Made by a program: the position numbers and the translations under genes. Source: an uncultured Nitrososphaerales archaeon (GTDB lineage Archaea; Thermoproteota; Nitrososphaeria; Nitrososphaerales; Nitrososphaeraceae). Taken from it: a DNA stretch of 64,000 nucleotides. Below, piece after piece: positions 42,240 to 52,061 of this stretch; within the stretch, counting starts at the first letter, position 1; each line of letters opens with the position of its first letter. Location: the NCBI GenBank assembly GCA_963695855.1, contig CAVOHZ010000010.1:1120001-1184000 (forward strand). Direction: 5' to 3'. The notes under the pieces were generated by a model. It did not search any database. It saw only the letters and a program-made list of their open reading frames with translations, and had not been told where the DNA came from.

Positions 42240-43559
42240 TTAAGATGGTATCAGCACTGATGTTGCATACATTATTGCCATTCCTACCGTAAATCCTGCA
42301 ATCATAGGTGTACTTAACATAGTCTTTCTTGGTTCATTAGTATTTGATGACATCCAAGAAGTGATGGAAAATACTACTTGAAATATTGCACCAGCACCTA
42401 TAGACAAGAATATTATTGCAGCAATAGGAGAATAGAGAAACCCTCCAATCCATGCTCCTACTATTGTTGGAACACCAGCTATCAAACCCATTGTTATCAG
42501 TTTTCGTATTGTCACTTTGGCACCACTTTTGGCCATTGGTGCTACTATTGCTAATCCTTCAGTAGTATTGTGTAAGGTAAATCCAACTATGAGAAAAGTA
42601 CTGAGGGCTACTTGTCCTAATAGAACAGCAGCACCTATTGCCAGACCTTCTCCAAAGTTATGTAATCCAATTCCTATTGCAATCATCATTGCTATAGCGA
42701 AAGGTTTTGCTAATTGTTGTTGCTGTTGTTGTTTTTGAAGGTCCTTTGTCGTAGAAGAAGAGAAGGAGGAAGAATATGTTACTAAGTTAGATTTAGACGT
42801 ATTGGCATCAGACTTGATTTTGGCGTGTTCAATAAGTTTTTCAGATGCATATAACAATACCAAGAAGGTAATGATTGTGATCATAGCAATCAACACTTGG
42901 CCATTAAAAGCTCCTGCAATATTTTCCCCTACAATTTCATTGCTTTCTACTAGTGCATCTATTCCTAAGAAGACAAGCAATCCTGTCGTAAGACTAAGGA
43001 AGAATTTATACTTGTTCATGCCAAGTCTTTTTATAAATGGAAACCAGAGAAGACCTATCAGTACGGGTATAACTCCTACATATATACCAATAATTGCAAA
43101 GTATGATGCTTGCTGAACATTTGGAGTTGGTGCTAATGCAGCCGCTTCAACACTCTTGCTAAACCTTGTACCATCAGAACTAGTCACTCCAACTTCATAT
43201 GGTACGCCTGCAATCCAAGAAAAAGGTACTATAACCTTTGCTTCTGCCAGTCTTGGCAATGTTTTACTTGGTTCTATTGCAGCTGGAATCATCCGATCAT
43301 TAATGTCGGCTTGCGCAATTTCTACTCCTTCTGGACCAGTATTACGGATAAATGCTACAATTTTATCATTTTGGAATTCTATCTTTTCTATTGTGATTTC
43401 AGGCAAAGGTATTCCTGTGTTTAATATCGACATACCAGGACCAAGAAGAAATACAAGCATTCCAGACAGTACTATTAAGGGAATTAACGCTATAACGATC
43501 ATTTTTTTTCGACTCGTCTTCCTGTTATTTCTATCGATTCTATTTTCATCAGACTCCAT
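42240..43559 (-). CDS. ZIP-family divalent metal transporter with soluble N-terminal domain
   Basis: GLHNFGEGLAIG and LHNTTEGLAI motifs. Confidence 0.9.
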   Translation of the reverse strand: MESDENRIDRNNRKTSRKKMIVIALIPLIVLSGMLVFLLGPGMSILNTGIPLPEITIEKIEFQNDKIVAFIRNTGPEGVEIAQADINDRMIPAAIEPSKTLPRLAEAKVIVPFSWIAGVPYEVGVTSSDGTRFSKSVEAAALAPTPNVQQASYFAIIGIYVGVIPVLIGLLWFPFIKRLGMNKYKFFLSLTTGLLVFLGIDALVESNEIVGENIAGAFNGQVLIAMITIITFLVLLYASEKLIEHAKIKSDANTSKSNLVTYSSSFSSSTTKDLQKQQQQQQLAKPFAIAMMIAIGIGLHNFGEGLAIGAAVLLGQVALSTFLIVGFTLHNTTEGLAIVAPMAKSGAKVTIRKLITMGLIAGVPTIVGAWIGGFLYSPIAAIIFLSIGAGAIFQVVFSITSWMSSNTNEPRKTMLSTPMIAGFTVGMAIMYATSVLIPS

Positions 43560-43564
43560 TTCTC

Positions 43565-44791
43565 TTAACTGCCTCCTTGTGAAGCTTCTCCATATCTAAC
43601 AACTGCTGCAGATTGAGAATTTTTTGTTTTACTTTGAGTAGTAAAAGTATTCTTACTTATCTCAGCTGGATAGTCAGCTCTCTCACCTTTAGTAAATGCA
43701 GTCACATCTGACTCAGATAGGCCTTCTTTAACCAAGAACAGGCCAGTCCATCCTTTCTCTGCAAATTCTGTCTTGTGAGCGTGGAACATATAGGGACCGG
43801 GATACTTGTAGGAGAATTCTAGTATTGCTCTTTCACCTTGACTAAATGTTACCACATCTGTATACTCATTAGGAGTAACGCTGGTTCCAGTTCGATAGAG
43901 ATGAAATAGATTGCCATGCAGGTGAAAATTATTTATTTGATCAAATTCTAGTATATTAACCAAGTATACACGTACCAATTTGTCTTTTTCAATTTGGATA
44001 GGATGGTGCATGTAATAATTTGGAATTCCATTTACTGTGTAAAAGTTATTTTCAGTATCAAAGTCATTATCATATCCATTCATTACCATAACCATTTCAT
44101 CAGCTGGAGGTCTTGGTGTTTTAGGGTCTACAATATATGCACCATAAAGACCCTTAGAGATGTGCTCTTCTAAAGGCTGCATATGACAGTGGTAAAGAAA
44201 TAGACCAAATGGTTCAGCTATAAATTCATAAGTGAAGCTTCCACCGGGAGCAATAATTTCAAATACTCCATCCATTTGAGATTGATGAATGCCATGAAAA
44301 TGCATAGTATGAGGTTTTGATCCATTATTTATGAACTTGATTTTAACTAGATCACCTTCGGTTGCTCTAATTGTTGGACCTGGAATTGTTCCATTAAACG
44401 TCCAAGCATCCATAAATACACCTGGTGATACTTCAAGATTCTTATCTAGAGCTACTATAGTAAATTCGCGTAATGTGGTTCCGTTGTCTGTTGTCGATAC
44501 TTTCCCGTAATTGAACTCTCTTAGATATTTCATTGGATCTATAGTCAGATCAGTCCTTTCGTCCGCATTGAGTGAATCTAAAACATCACCTGTAGTTCTA
44601 ATTGTATTGTATCCACTACCGTGTCCGCCAGTAACTATTGTTTCCTTTTTAGTTGTTTTTTCTTCCTCCTTTGAGAAGGTATTATTATTCTGTGCAACTA
44701 CTGAAACTCCACTAAGAAAAGAAATAGCAAAAGATGTAGTTAGACTACCTGATAAAAGTATAGCAATTAATATTATTTTCGATCTTGACAT
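43565..44791 (-). CDS. Secreted two-domain multicopper oxidase
   Basis: HTMHFHG, YHCH, FHLHG, MFHAH; signal peptide. Confidence 0.9.
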   Translation of the reverse strand: MSRSKIILIAILLSGSLTTSFAISFLSGVSVVAQNNNTFSKEEEKTTKKETIVTGGHGSGYNTIRTTGDVLDSLNADERTDLTIDPMKYLREFNYGKVSTTDNGTTLREFTIVALDKNLEVSPGVFMDAWTFNGTIPGPTIRATEGDLVKIKFINNGSKPHTMHFHGIHQSQMDGVFEIIAPGGSFTYEFIAEPFGLFLYHCHMQPLEEHISKGLYGAYIVDPKTPRPPADEMVMVMNGYDNDFDTENNFYTVNGIPNYYMHHPIQIEKDKLVRVYLVNILEFDQINNFHLHGNLFHLYRTGTSVTPNEYTDVVTFSQGERAILEFSYKYPGPYMFHAHKTEFAEKGWTGLFLVKEGLSESDVTAFTKGERADYPAEISKNTFTTQSKTKNSQSAAVVRYGEASQGGS

Positions 44792-44820
44792 ATGAATAGT
44801 ATTGTTAGTCTAAATAATAA

Positions 44821-44840
44821 ATGTTAGCCTATGCTAATAT
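44821..44840. promoter_or_regulatory. Putative DtxR/MntR operator
   Basis: Near-palindrome ATGTTAGC-CTAT-GCTAATAT about 30 bp upstream of the MCO-ZIP-mntR operon. Confidence 0.55.
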
Positions 44841-45052
44841 TATTAATAAGCTTAAATATTTTATCATAGGGTTTCATAATTATAATTAGTATCTCTTTTG
44901 ACCTATAACAAATACTATATCAGTTTACTAATATCTAATCATAGACTTTGAAAATTAAATTACTGTTTTTGCCAATAGAAGTTTGTTAGATTTTATGTTA
45001 AATGTGAATATCATTTAACATTCTTATTGTCATAGAAGGGACCAAAATTTAT

Positions 45053-45105
45053 GTCATATTTGTTTCACATCCCACTGGCCCCATTTATAAGTGGGTTCAT
45101 ATACT
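45053..45105. repeat. Right 32-bp inverted repeat / att-like site upstream of integrase relic
   Basis: TTCACATCCCACTGGCCCCA (tRNA-3'-like) then TGGGTTCATATACT, matching TGGGCTCATATACT at 27436. Confidence 0.8.
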
Positions 45106-45181
45106 TTGGGTTTGCTATAAGATTTTGTAGATATAAGATTTTGTAAAAGCAAGAAGGAGGAGAATAGAAGGATAAATATCA

Positions 45182-45792
45182 TTGAAATTATTTACAACGA
45201 TAGGAAAAATTCAAAATATCCCTAATTCCAAAAATATAGAACTAATAAATGAATTTCTAGAATATACGAGAAATAATAGTTCTTCAGAACATCATCAAAA
45301 TAAGAATATAAAAGTTTATAATAACATTGGTAATTTTATAGGTAAAACATTTGATTTTTAGCTATAACCAAAAAAGAACAAATTTTAGAATTTCTTAATA
45401 CTAAAGTTAAAAGATATTATGAAGATCCTGATAAAAGAATGATATCAACATGGAACAATTACCTCAATCGGTTAAGACTATTTTATTTTTATAGATGGTT
45501 ATACAATCATGCTAATGACACTGATCATGAAAATTGGCGAACTCCAGAATTTGTCAGGATAAAGAACAAAAAAAGTAAAAGAATATCTCCATATTTAGAA
45601 AGTGAAATTTGGGAAAAAGATGAATTATTGTCTATAATCAAAAATCAACCATATAAAGAGAAGAAGGCAGCTCTAACATTGTTTTGGGATCTAAATGGAG
45701 AAATCATAAAATTACTAAAATTAAAACATATTAGATTCAGGGAAAAATACGCAGAAGGTGAGGTCCCTCTGAAGGTATTAATTAAAGAATGA
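45182..45792 (+). pseudogene. Degraded tyrosine integrase, paralogue of 27485-28795
   Basis: KNIELINEFLEY, TWNNYLNRL, KRISPYLESEIWEKDEL, LKHIRFREKYAEGEVP; frameshifted and truncated. Confidence 0.88.
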
Positions 45793-45963
45793 TAGACATT
45801 TTATATTGACATTAGTCTTCAGTGTCAGACCAAAAAGTGTTTAGGAAAAGGTGACAACCTTTAGAGCCTCGCTAATCCCATATCTTTTTTTATCTAATGA
45901 TATGGATTATCGTTACACTTTGTGGATCACGTTGGCTGGCTGACTATTTCATGTCTTTATATT

Positions 45964-46383
45964 CTAAAAGAGACGTCTGTGCTCTGCCATCATACACCTA
46001 TTGTAAACAACATCCATGCCATTTTCCTTTGCTTTCTTCTCCGCCTCCTCATTGTAGATGCCTTCCTGCATCCAAATCACCTTAATGTCATCTTTTCTGT
46101 TAAGTGCATCATCTATTACAGGAAGTACATCTTCTGATTTTCTAAATATGTCTACTACATCTACCCTTTCTGGAATGTCTGCTATTGTTGGATATGATTT
46201 TCTTCCCAATACTTCAGAAATTGTTGGATTGACTGGAATAACATTATATCCATGTTCAATAAGGTATTTAGGTACAAAATTTCCTGCCTTTTCTTCGTTT
46301 TTTGACATACCAACTACTGCAATATTTTTCAACTGGTAGATTTTCTTTAACTCTGAATCTGAATGAGAATCCTGCTTTGTCAT
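45964..46383 (-). CDS. CoA-binding protein (YccU-like)
   Basis: IAVVGMS, VIPVNP, VDIFRKS, WMQEG, NRCM. Confidence 0.9.
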   Translation of the reverse strand: MTKQDSHSDSELKKIYQLKNIAVVGMSKNEEKAGNFVPKYLIEHGYNVIPVNPTISEVLGRKSYPTIADIPERVDVVDIFRKSEDVLPVIDDALNRKDDIKVIWMQEGIYNEEAEKKAKENGMDVVYNRCMMAEHRRLF

Positions 46384-46574
46384 ACTATTATTATTATAGT
46401 TTTATACAATAATATTATTGCTATTATTTGGACTGTGCGAAAAATTTTTGTTCATTTGTTCTTCTCTAATCACGTACTAAAAATGCAATGGTTTGAAGAT
46501 AATGAACTTGTATTATATAGTAATAAAGAGCGTAATGAATTTGCTTTTAAGACTGATAGTGAATCAGCGCTCTG

Positions 46575-47243
46575 TTAATTTAAGATAATTTCCACCTCCT
46601 TTAACTCAAAATCATTATTATTATTCGTTATTGTATCATTATACATAGATACAAAGAATTGTATCCAGTTATGTACATGAAATAGATTACATTCCTCTTT
46701 TCGCATACAAGGAGAGTAGTCATCAAAACTTTCTATTCTGTCTTTCAAATACTGGTTGACCCGTTCCATTAGACTTTTCTCTATTGAAGAATGAACATAA
46801 TGTTTCAATCCAATTACATTACATGCTTTATCATATCATGTACCTTCATCTGCGTATACAATATGCTTTCCATATTTTGATACAAGAGATCGAATGAACT
46901 TTTCAGCGACTATCATGTTTCTCTCTTCAGAAATATATATTCCAAGCACAGAACTGTGTACCGGTTCAATACAAAACCATAACCAGAAGTGCTGGTTACC
47001 AATCTGAATAATGGTCTCTATAATAAAAGCAGTTACTCTTTTTCTTTTATAGATCTGCAATGAACCAAATCTTTGAATCCAGTTCCCATACAGCAATGTA
47101 ACTTCTCTTTTCATCTCTAAATATTATCAATGCCTTGTATGTATTACGTAGACTTAAACCAAGATAAAGAGAATACATTACTATAACTGTGGATGTTCTA
47201 TTTCTAATGAATTTAACAAGTATTTATTAGAGATAGGACATTC
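46575..47243 (-). pseudogene. IS6-family transposase relic
   Basis: [43 protein letters not shown] across several frames. Confidence 0.8.
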
Positions 47244-47290
47244 ACAGCTAAATCTATTTTCTTAAAACAGCCCTTTTTTTGAAGGAATGA

Positions 47291-48637
47291 TTAATACTTA
47301 TGTTCTTTTTTTGTTTCTCTTATTACAGAATCTATATATTTTTCTAACTCATTTTCATCCAATTCAAATTTAGCCTCTTTGTCCATTTCTAGAGTATCTT
47401 TCTTTTGAGTAATTTTTTTGACAGTTCTTCGAATTTCGGCGTCCATCTCTGCTTGTCCTATTAGACCCAACAACCTTGACTCCAAGGCATGCTTACGTAT
47501 AAGTTTACGCAGATTATGATTAGTTGAAACAAGCGTTGCGGAATTGTAAATACCTAACAACATCAAAAATGCTCCTATATTCAAAACTGTTATCGATGAA
47601 AGTCCGAAAGGAGGATAAGGACTAACGACTTGTGTTGCTGCCTGATTTGCGGCAAATATTAAAAATATGCCAAAACCAGAGATTATCATGTATGTCCTGA
47701 TGATTCTATCATAACTAATGATTCTGGATATCTTCCAAAATGCAAGTCCGAAAAGCAATCCTCCGATGGGTTTACTTAATGCTAGGAATGCTCCTAACAT
47801 GATAGAAACAGTTACCGGATCAATTGCGAGATACGAAATTAGTATCCTGCTTAGGGTATACTGGTAAAAATATGTAATTAAAAAATACACAAGTGGTACA
47901 GACAATAAGATCCAATACACTATAGCATTTGTAGACTTCTCTCTGTAATTGTTCATTAATATTGCTGTTGTAATCCATATACTGAAAAAAGATATAAATG
48001 ACAAAATTCTGGAAACATTCGCTAAAAATAGATGTTTAGCCAAAGTTACGTCTCCCGAGCTTCCAACATATTCCCCTATACGATCTGGCAATGCATTCAT
48101 CTTGACACTGATAAAAGCGGCAGTCATGATTAAATTAAATGCTATCATTAACATTGACATAAAATATAAAAAGACAATCAAGTTGCGGTTTGATTTAAAC
48201 CAAGAGAAGAACATGATAGATAAAAATAATATCAAAGTTGCTGCTGTTCCATAACTTATAACAATTATCATAATACTGACAGGTGTGTAGAAGTAGTTAT
48301 TATGGAACTGTTGAAATATTAGAATTCCTATCAAACTTGCCAAAACAAATAATGAAATTAACGAAATTCTGTTAAAAGCCCAAACCATCAATCTCTTATT
48401 TAATTTGTAACTTTCAGATGAACTCTGTATATACTTTATAATCAAAAATTCTAAAAGCAGACATAATGAACTGTTGATGGAAAATAATATTAACTTACTT
48501 TGTAAAGGAATAAAATATTTATCAATGAGATCGTTTATCTTTACAACTGAAGTATCAATTAGTAAAGTCACTATTAATACGGTCACAAGAATAAGAAATT
48601 TCCTATTGCACCCTAATTTTTTATCATTTATAAGCAA
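47291..48637 (-). CDS. Polytopic membrane protein of unknown function
   Basis: About 10 hydrophobic segments, PYPPFG, soluble tail LGLIGQAEM. Confidence 0.75.
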   Translation of the reverse strand: MLINDKKLGCNRKFLILVTVLIVTLLIDTSVVKINDLIDKYFIPLQSKLILFSINSSLCLLLEFLIIKYIQSSSESYKLNKRLMVWAFNRISLISLFVLASLIGILIFQQFHNNYFYTPVSIMIIVISYGTAATLILFLSIMFFSWFKSNRNLIVFLYFMSMLMIAFNLIMTAAFISVKMNALPDRIGEYVGSSGDVTLAKHLFLANVSRILSFISFFSIWITTAILMNNYREKSTNAIVYWILLSVPLVYFLITYFYQYTLSRILISYLAIDPVTVSIMLGAFLALSKPIGGLLFGLAFWKISRIISYDRIIRTYMIISGFGIFLIFAANQAATQVVSPYPPFGLSSITVLNIGAFLMLLGIYNSATLVSTNHNLRKLIRKHALESRLLGLIGQAEMDAEIRRTVKKITQKKDTLEMDKEAKFELDENELEKYIDSVIRETKKEHKY

Positions 48638-48716
48638 ACTTGATTATGCAGTGTAGAGTGAGCATAAAGACAAACATAATCTTTTTGTATTAGAGCTTGT
48701 AAATTGTGATGATATA

Positions 48717-49430
48717 TTGCCTAGAACAACCGGCTTAATCGCCACATCTTTTATATTCATACTGTTACTATTGTCATTTACGATATCGCCAGTTTTAGCT
48801 TCAAAGTCAGTAAATATTTTTCCCCCAGGAAGCAAACCATATGGTTTAACATATGCCGAACATGAAAAAAACTTCTGGACGTGGACACTAGCGATACCAG
48901 CGAAAGAAAGTCCTGTTAACGATCCTACAGGAGAGAAATGTGCAAAAGGTCAGACGAATACAAATTCGTCAGTTTTTTACTTGAGTTTTAACAATGGAGG
49001 TATATCTGATAGAACATGTAAAGTCCCAGCTGGCAAAGGTCTAGTAATACCAGTAATGCAGGTAGAGTGGTCTGACAAGGAATACCCAAATTCATCGGTA
49101 GAGCAGTTGCGTGAGGCCGCTAAGAAGGATCAAGATAGTGTTAACAGTTTGTATCTTAAAATAGATGATAAAGAGTACAAGTATGAGGATCTTATTAAAT
49201 ATAGAACTCCTACAGATGCTTTTGGGGTTGTCTTTCCTGATAATGGAATTTTTGGAGTTATTGAATGTGGTGTTTCCAAAGTTGTTGCTGATGGATTTTA
49301 TATAATAACTGAACCGCTTACCAAAGGCAATCACTCGATCCATTTTAAATCAAGTTTAATTTGTCCCGATCCAGATTGTGCAGAGCCTAATTTTGCACAA
49401 GATATAAAATACAATATAGTTGGACAATAG
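48717..49430 (+). CDS. Secreted Cys-containing protein of unknown function
   Basis: Signal peptide, FWTWTLAIP...NDPTGEKC...RTCKVPAGK...ADGFY. Confidence 0.75.
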   Translation: MPRTTGLIATSFIFILLLLSFTISPVLASKSVNIFPPGSKPYGLTYAEHEKNFWTWTLAIPAKESPVNDPTGEKCAKGQTNTNSSVFYLSFNNGGISDRTCKVPAGKGLVIPVMQVEWSDKEYPNSSVEQLREAAKKDQDSVNSLYLKIDDKEYKYEDLIKYRTPTDAFGVVFPDNGIFGVIECGVSKVVADGFYIITEPLTKGNHSIHFKSSLICPDPDCAEPNFAQDIKYNIVGQ

Positions 49431-49810
49431 ATAGATATACTAATACCAATTCTCTCCTTTTTTATCACAATTCTATTTCCGGTTCTTTTTTACATTTTTT
49501 CATTGTCTTTCCAATTCTGTTACACTTATGTTTTAGATATGGTTGAATATTCCTCTAATAGATTGTCTAAATCATGAACAGCAGTGAAGGATTCAAATCC
49601 CTATCTATGTTAATTCTTTAACAATAGTTTTAAGAAAATTCTTTAGCACAATCTAAAAAATTCATTTATCCTTAACTATATTCTAATGATATATCTACCA
49701 ATGTAGTTGCAGCATTCGAACTCCTTCATAAACTTTCATCTATTGAAACCTGGATATACATTATTTTAACTTAACAGAATCTTGATGATATTTATTTTAT
49801 TCAAAGAGTA

Positions 49811-49993
49811 ACTAGTTCCCTTTGTCGAAGGCTTCAAATCAAACTGATTCCTTTTTTCCATTTTTTCCAATCAATTGGAAATTGTTATCAATTATTAAGT
49901 TACCAAACTAATAAATGTCAGTTTACCGAGCCCAATTACATGTCAAACTCGAAGGCTTCCGAGCCCGTATACTAGTAGGGTTCAATAACATTT
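49811..49993 (+). repeat. att-like site D with upstream arm
   Basis: GAAGGCTTCAAATC...TTACCGAGCCCAATTA...TCGAAGGCTTCCGAGCCCG-TATACTAGTAGGGTTCAATAACATTT; tail identical to site A. Confidence 0.9.
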
Positions 49994-50035
49994 TTTTAGG
50001 CCGAACAAGATGTACAGTAAAATTAATTTTGGTAA

Positions 50036-50968
50036 CTATAAGCAAAATTTCCTTAGTTCTTTAACAAATTCAATAGTTTCATTTACATCATAATCCTTTT
50101 CTGCATTCACGGCAAGAATTACTCTGTCTACTCCAGATTTTTTGAGCATGGATAAATCAGAACCAATTTCATCTGTTGTTCTTCCTGTCATAGGAGCTCT
50201 ATCACCTTTTTCAGAGATATTACTTTTCATAAGGTATGGATATGTTAGAATAGTTAGATCAAAATCCTTTCTTGATTTTGAACTTTTTTCAATTGCATCA
50301 TTAAACATTTTAATTGAGTTATGAAAGTATTCAAATGATCCTACTAAAACTCCTATATAACCATCCCCATATTTGGTAATACGCTCAAACGCCTTCGGTG
50401 AAAATCCTCCTAGCAAAATTTTAGGATGAGGTTTTTGAATAGGTTTTGGACCAATTATTGATTTTGGAATTTTGTAAAAATCTCCATTAAATTCTACTAT
50501 ATCGTCTGTCCATATCTTTTTCATAGCTTGAAGAATTTCATTTGCTCTATCTCCTCTTTTCTCATAAGGGATATTTGCTGCAAGATATTCGTCTTTAGAC
50601 CATCCAATACTAAATCCACAAATTACCCTACCTTCAGATAAAATGTCAATTGTAGTAAATTCTTTGGCAAGTGTTATAGGATTATGAAAAACCATGTCAA
50701 TAATACAAGTTCCCAATTTTACCTTTGTAGTATTAGCTGCTACAAATGCTAATGTTGTTAATGGATCGAAAATATTTTTAAAATATTCAGGCCATTGACT
50801 TTTATCGGGAGTCCCACCGTATCCTTGTTGAGGATTTATAGGATAGAACATTCGATCATATACCCAAAGTGATTCAAAATTTTCTTTTTCTGCTAAATGT
50901 ATAAATCTGATTAGATTTTCTTTAGTAGCATTTATTCCAAATTGGGGAACAACTAATCCTACTTTCAT
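50036..50968 (-). CDS. LLM-class F420-dependent oxidoreductase
   Basis: SLWVYD, DPLTTLAFVAA, LSEGRV, GWSKDEY, PKPIQKPHP. Confidence 0.9.
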   Translation of the reverse strand: MKVGLVVPQFGINATKENLIRFIHLAEKENFESLWVYDRMFYPINPQQGYGGTPDKSQWPEYFKNIFDPLTTLAFVAANTTKVKLGTCIIDMVFHNPITLAKEFTTIDILSEGRVICGFSIGWSKDEYLAANIPYEKRGDRANEILQAMKKIWTDDIVEFNGDFYKIPKSIIGPKPIQKPHPKILLGGFSPKAFERITKYGDGYIGVLVGSFEYFHNSIKMFNDAIEKSSKSRKDFDLTILTYPYLMKSNISEKGDRAPMTGRTTDEIGSDLSMLKKSGVDRVILAVNAEKDYDVNETIEFVKELRKFCL

Positions 50969-51147
50969 ATCTATTATTAGTTCTTATAGTATAAAGAGAT
51001 AATATAATTAACAATAGAATTTTAAAATTGTTATCCTAAATTATTTACTGAAAATCCTGGTTTAAGTAGTTTACATAAAATCATTTATACATACACATCA
51101 TCTTTAATATGAGAAAGATGGAAACAACAATTGAATTGATATTTTTC

Positions 51148-51594
51148 TTAATTAGTATAATATTTCCAGCATATAGTCTTTTGAATATCAATTACAATAC
51201 AGGTATCTCCCATTTCTACAACTCTTTTTTTATATTGAGAATATTTTTCAGATAATAAGAAATGAGCTTTTTTTAAAGTATCTGTATCATTTACCACATT
51301 TACTATTCTTGCTTTACCTTTCATCAAATATGAAAAATTATTCCAAACATTATCATCATATGTGTCAATTAAAAAAGAAATATTAGGATTTTTTTGTATA
51401 TTTTTTACTCTTTTCAATTCATCTGAATTCATTGTTTTTTTAGGTTTATCATCTATTGGAATGAATATATTACTACCATCAAAAACAAACACTACTGGAA
51501 CAACATAAGGTTGATTATTCTCAGGATCGACTGTTGCTAGTCTAGCTATCTTTGAATTATTCAAAGTTTCTAATATTTTTATATTTTCTATCAA
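51148..51594 (-). CDS. PPOX-class F420-dependent enzyme
   Basis: ARLATVD, PYVVPVVF, IDDKPK, LKRVKNI, EKYSQY. Confidence 0.85.
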   Translation of the reverse strand: MIENIKILETLNNSKIARLATVDPENNQPYVVPVVFVFDGSNIFIPIDDKPKKTMNSDELKRVKNIQKNPNISFLIDTYDDNVWNNFSYLMKGKARIVNVVNDTDTLKKAHFLLSEKYSQYKKRVVEMGDTCIVIDIQKTICWKYYTN

Positions 51595-51693
51595 ATCACT
51601 ACTATAAAAAAATCAACAAGTTAATAAAAAAAGTTAATTGGCTATAACTAAAGAGATATTTGTAAATTATATTATTAGAATTAGGAATTGACT

Positions 51694-51999
51694 TTATTTA
51701 CTTGCATCTTTTTTAAAAGTGCATATTGTTTTTACATCTTTTCCATATTTTTTCATATGTATACGAGGTAAGTTCATCGTATTGTGAAAGTGGATATCTC
51801 TGCATCCTCTTTCTTTGGTTAAAAAATCTTCGATAGTGCCATTAGAATATTCAATTATATTTTTAAGAAATCCTCTTTTTTTATATTCACTTACTTCAAT
51901 AGCATTACCTTCGTTGTAATCTATTTCCCATATCTCATTGTTTATTAAAATATATTCTAGTGGCAGATTTAGATTGCCATTGTTTGTCTTAGAATTCAT
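51694..51999 (-). CDS. Hypothetical protein
   Basis: 101-aa ORF. Confidence 0.5.
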   Translation of the reverse strand: MNSKTNNGNLNLPLEYILINNEIWEIDYNEGNAIEVSEYKKRGFLKNIIEYSNGTIEDFLTKERGCRDIHFHNTMNLPRIHMKKYGKDVKTICTFKKDASK

Positions 52000-52061
52000 T
52001 ACTAATAACTGTATATTAAAATAATAGCTATAAATTATTATAACGAATATTATTTTTTAGT

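Noticed and set aside
43565-44791. Nitrite reductase NirK
   Set aside because: Motifs and the ZIP/MntR context fit a small two-domain multicopper oxidase better; NirK cannot be supported from sequence alone
27408-49993. tRNA-derived repeats as a CRISPR array
   Set aside because: Copies are kilobases apart with genes between them; no cas genes or regular spacers
32011-49993. Additional tRNA genes at 32037, 37948, 40759, 45064 and 49949
   Set aside because: Only T-arm/acceptor 3' pieces; no D arm, anticodon arm or 5' acceptor strand
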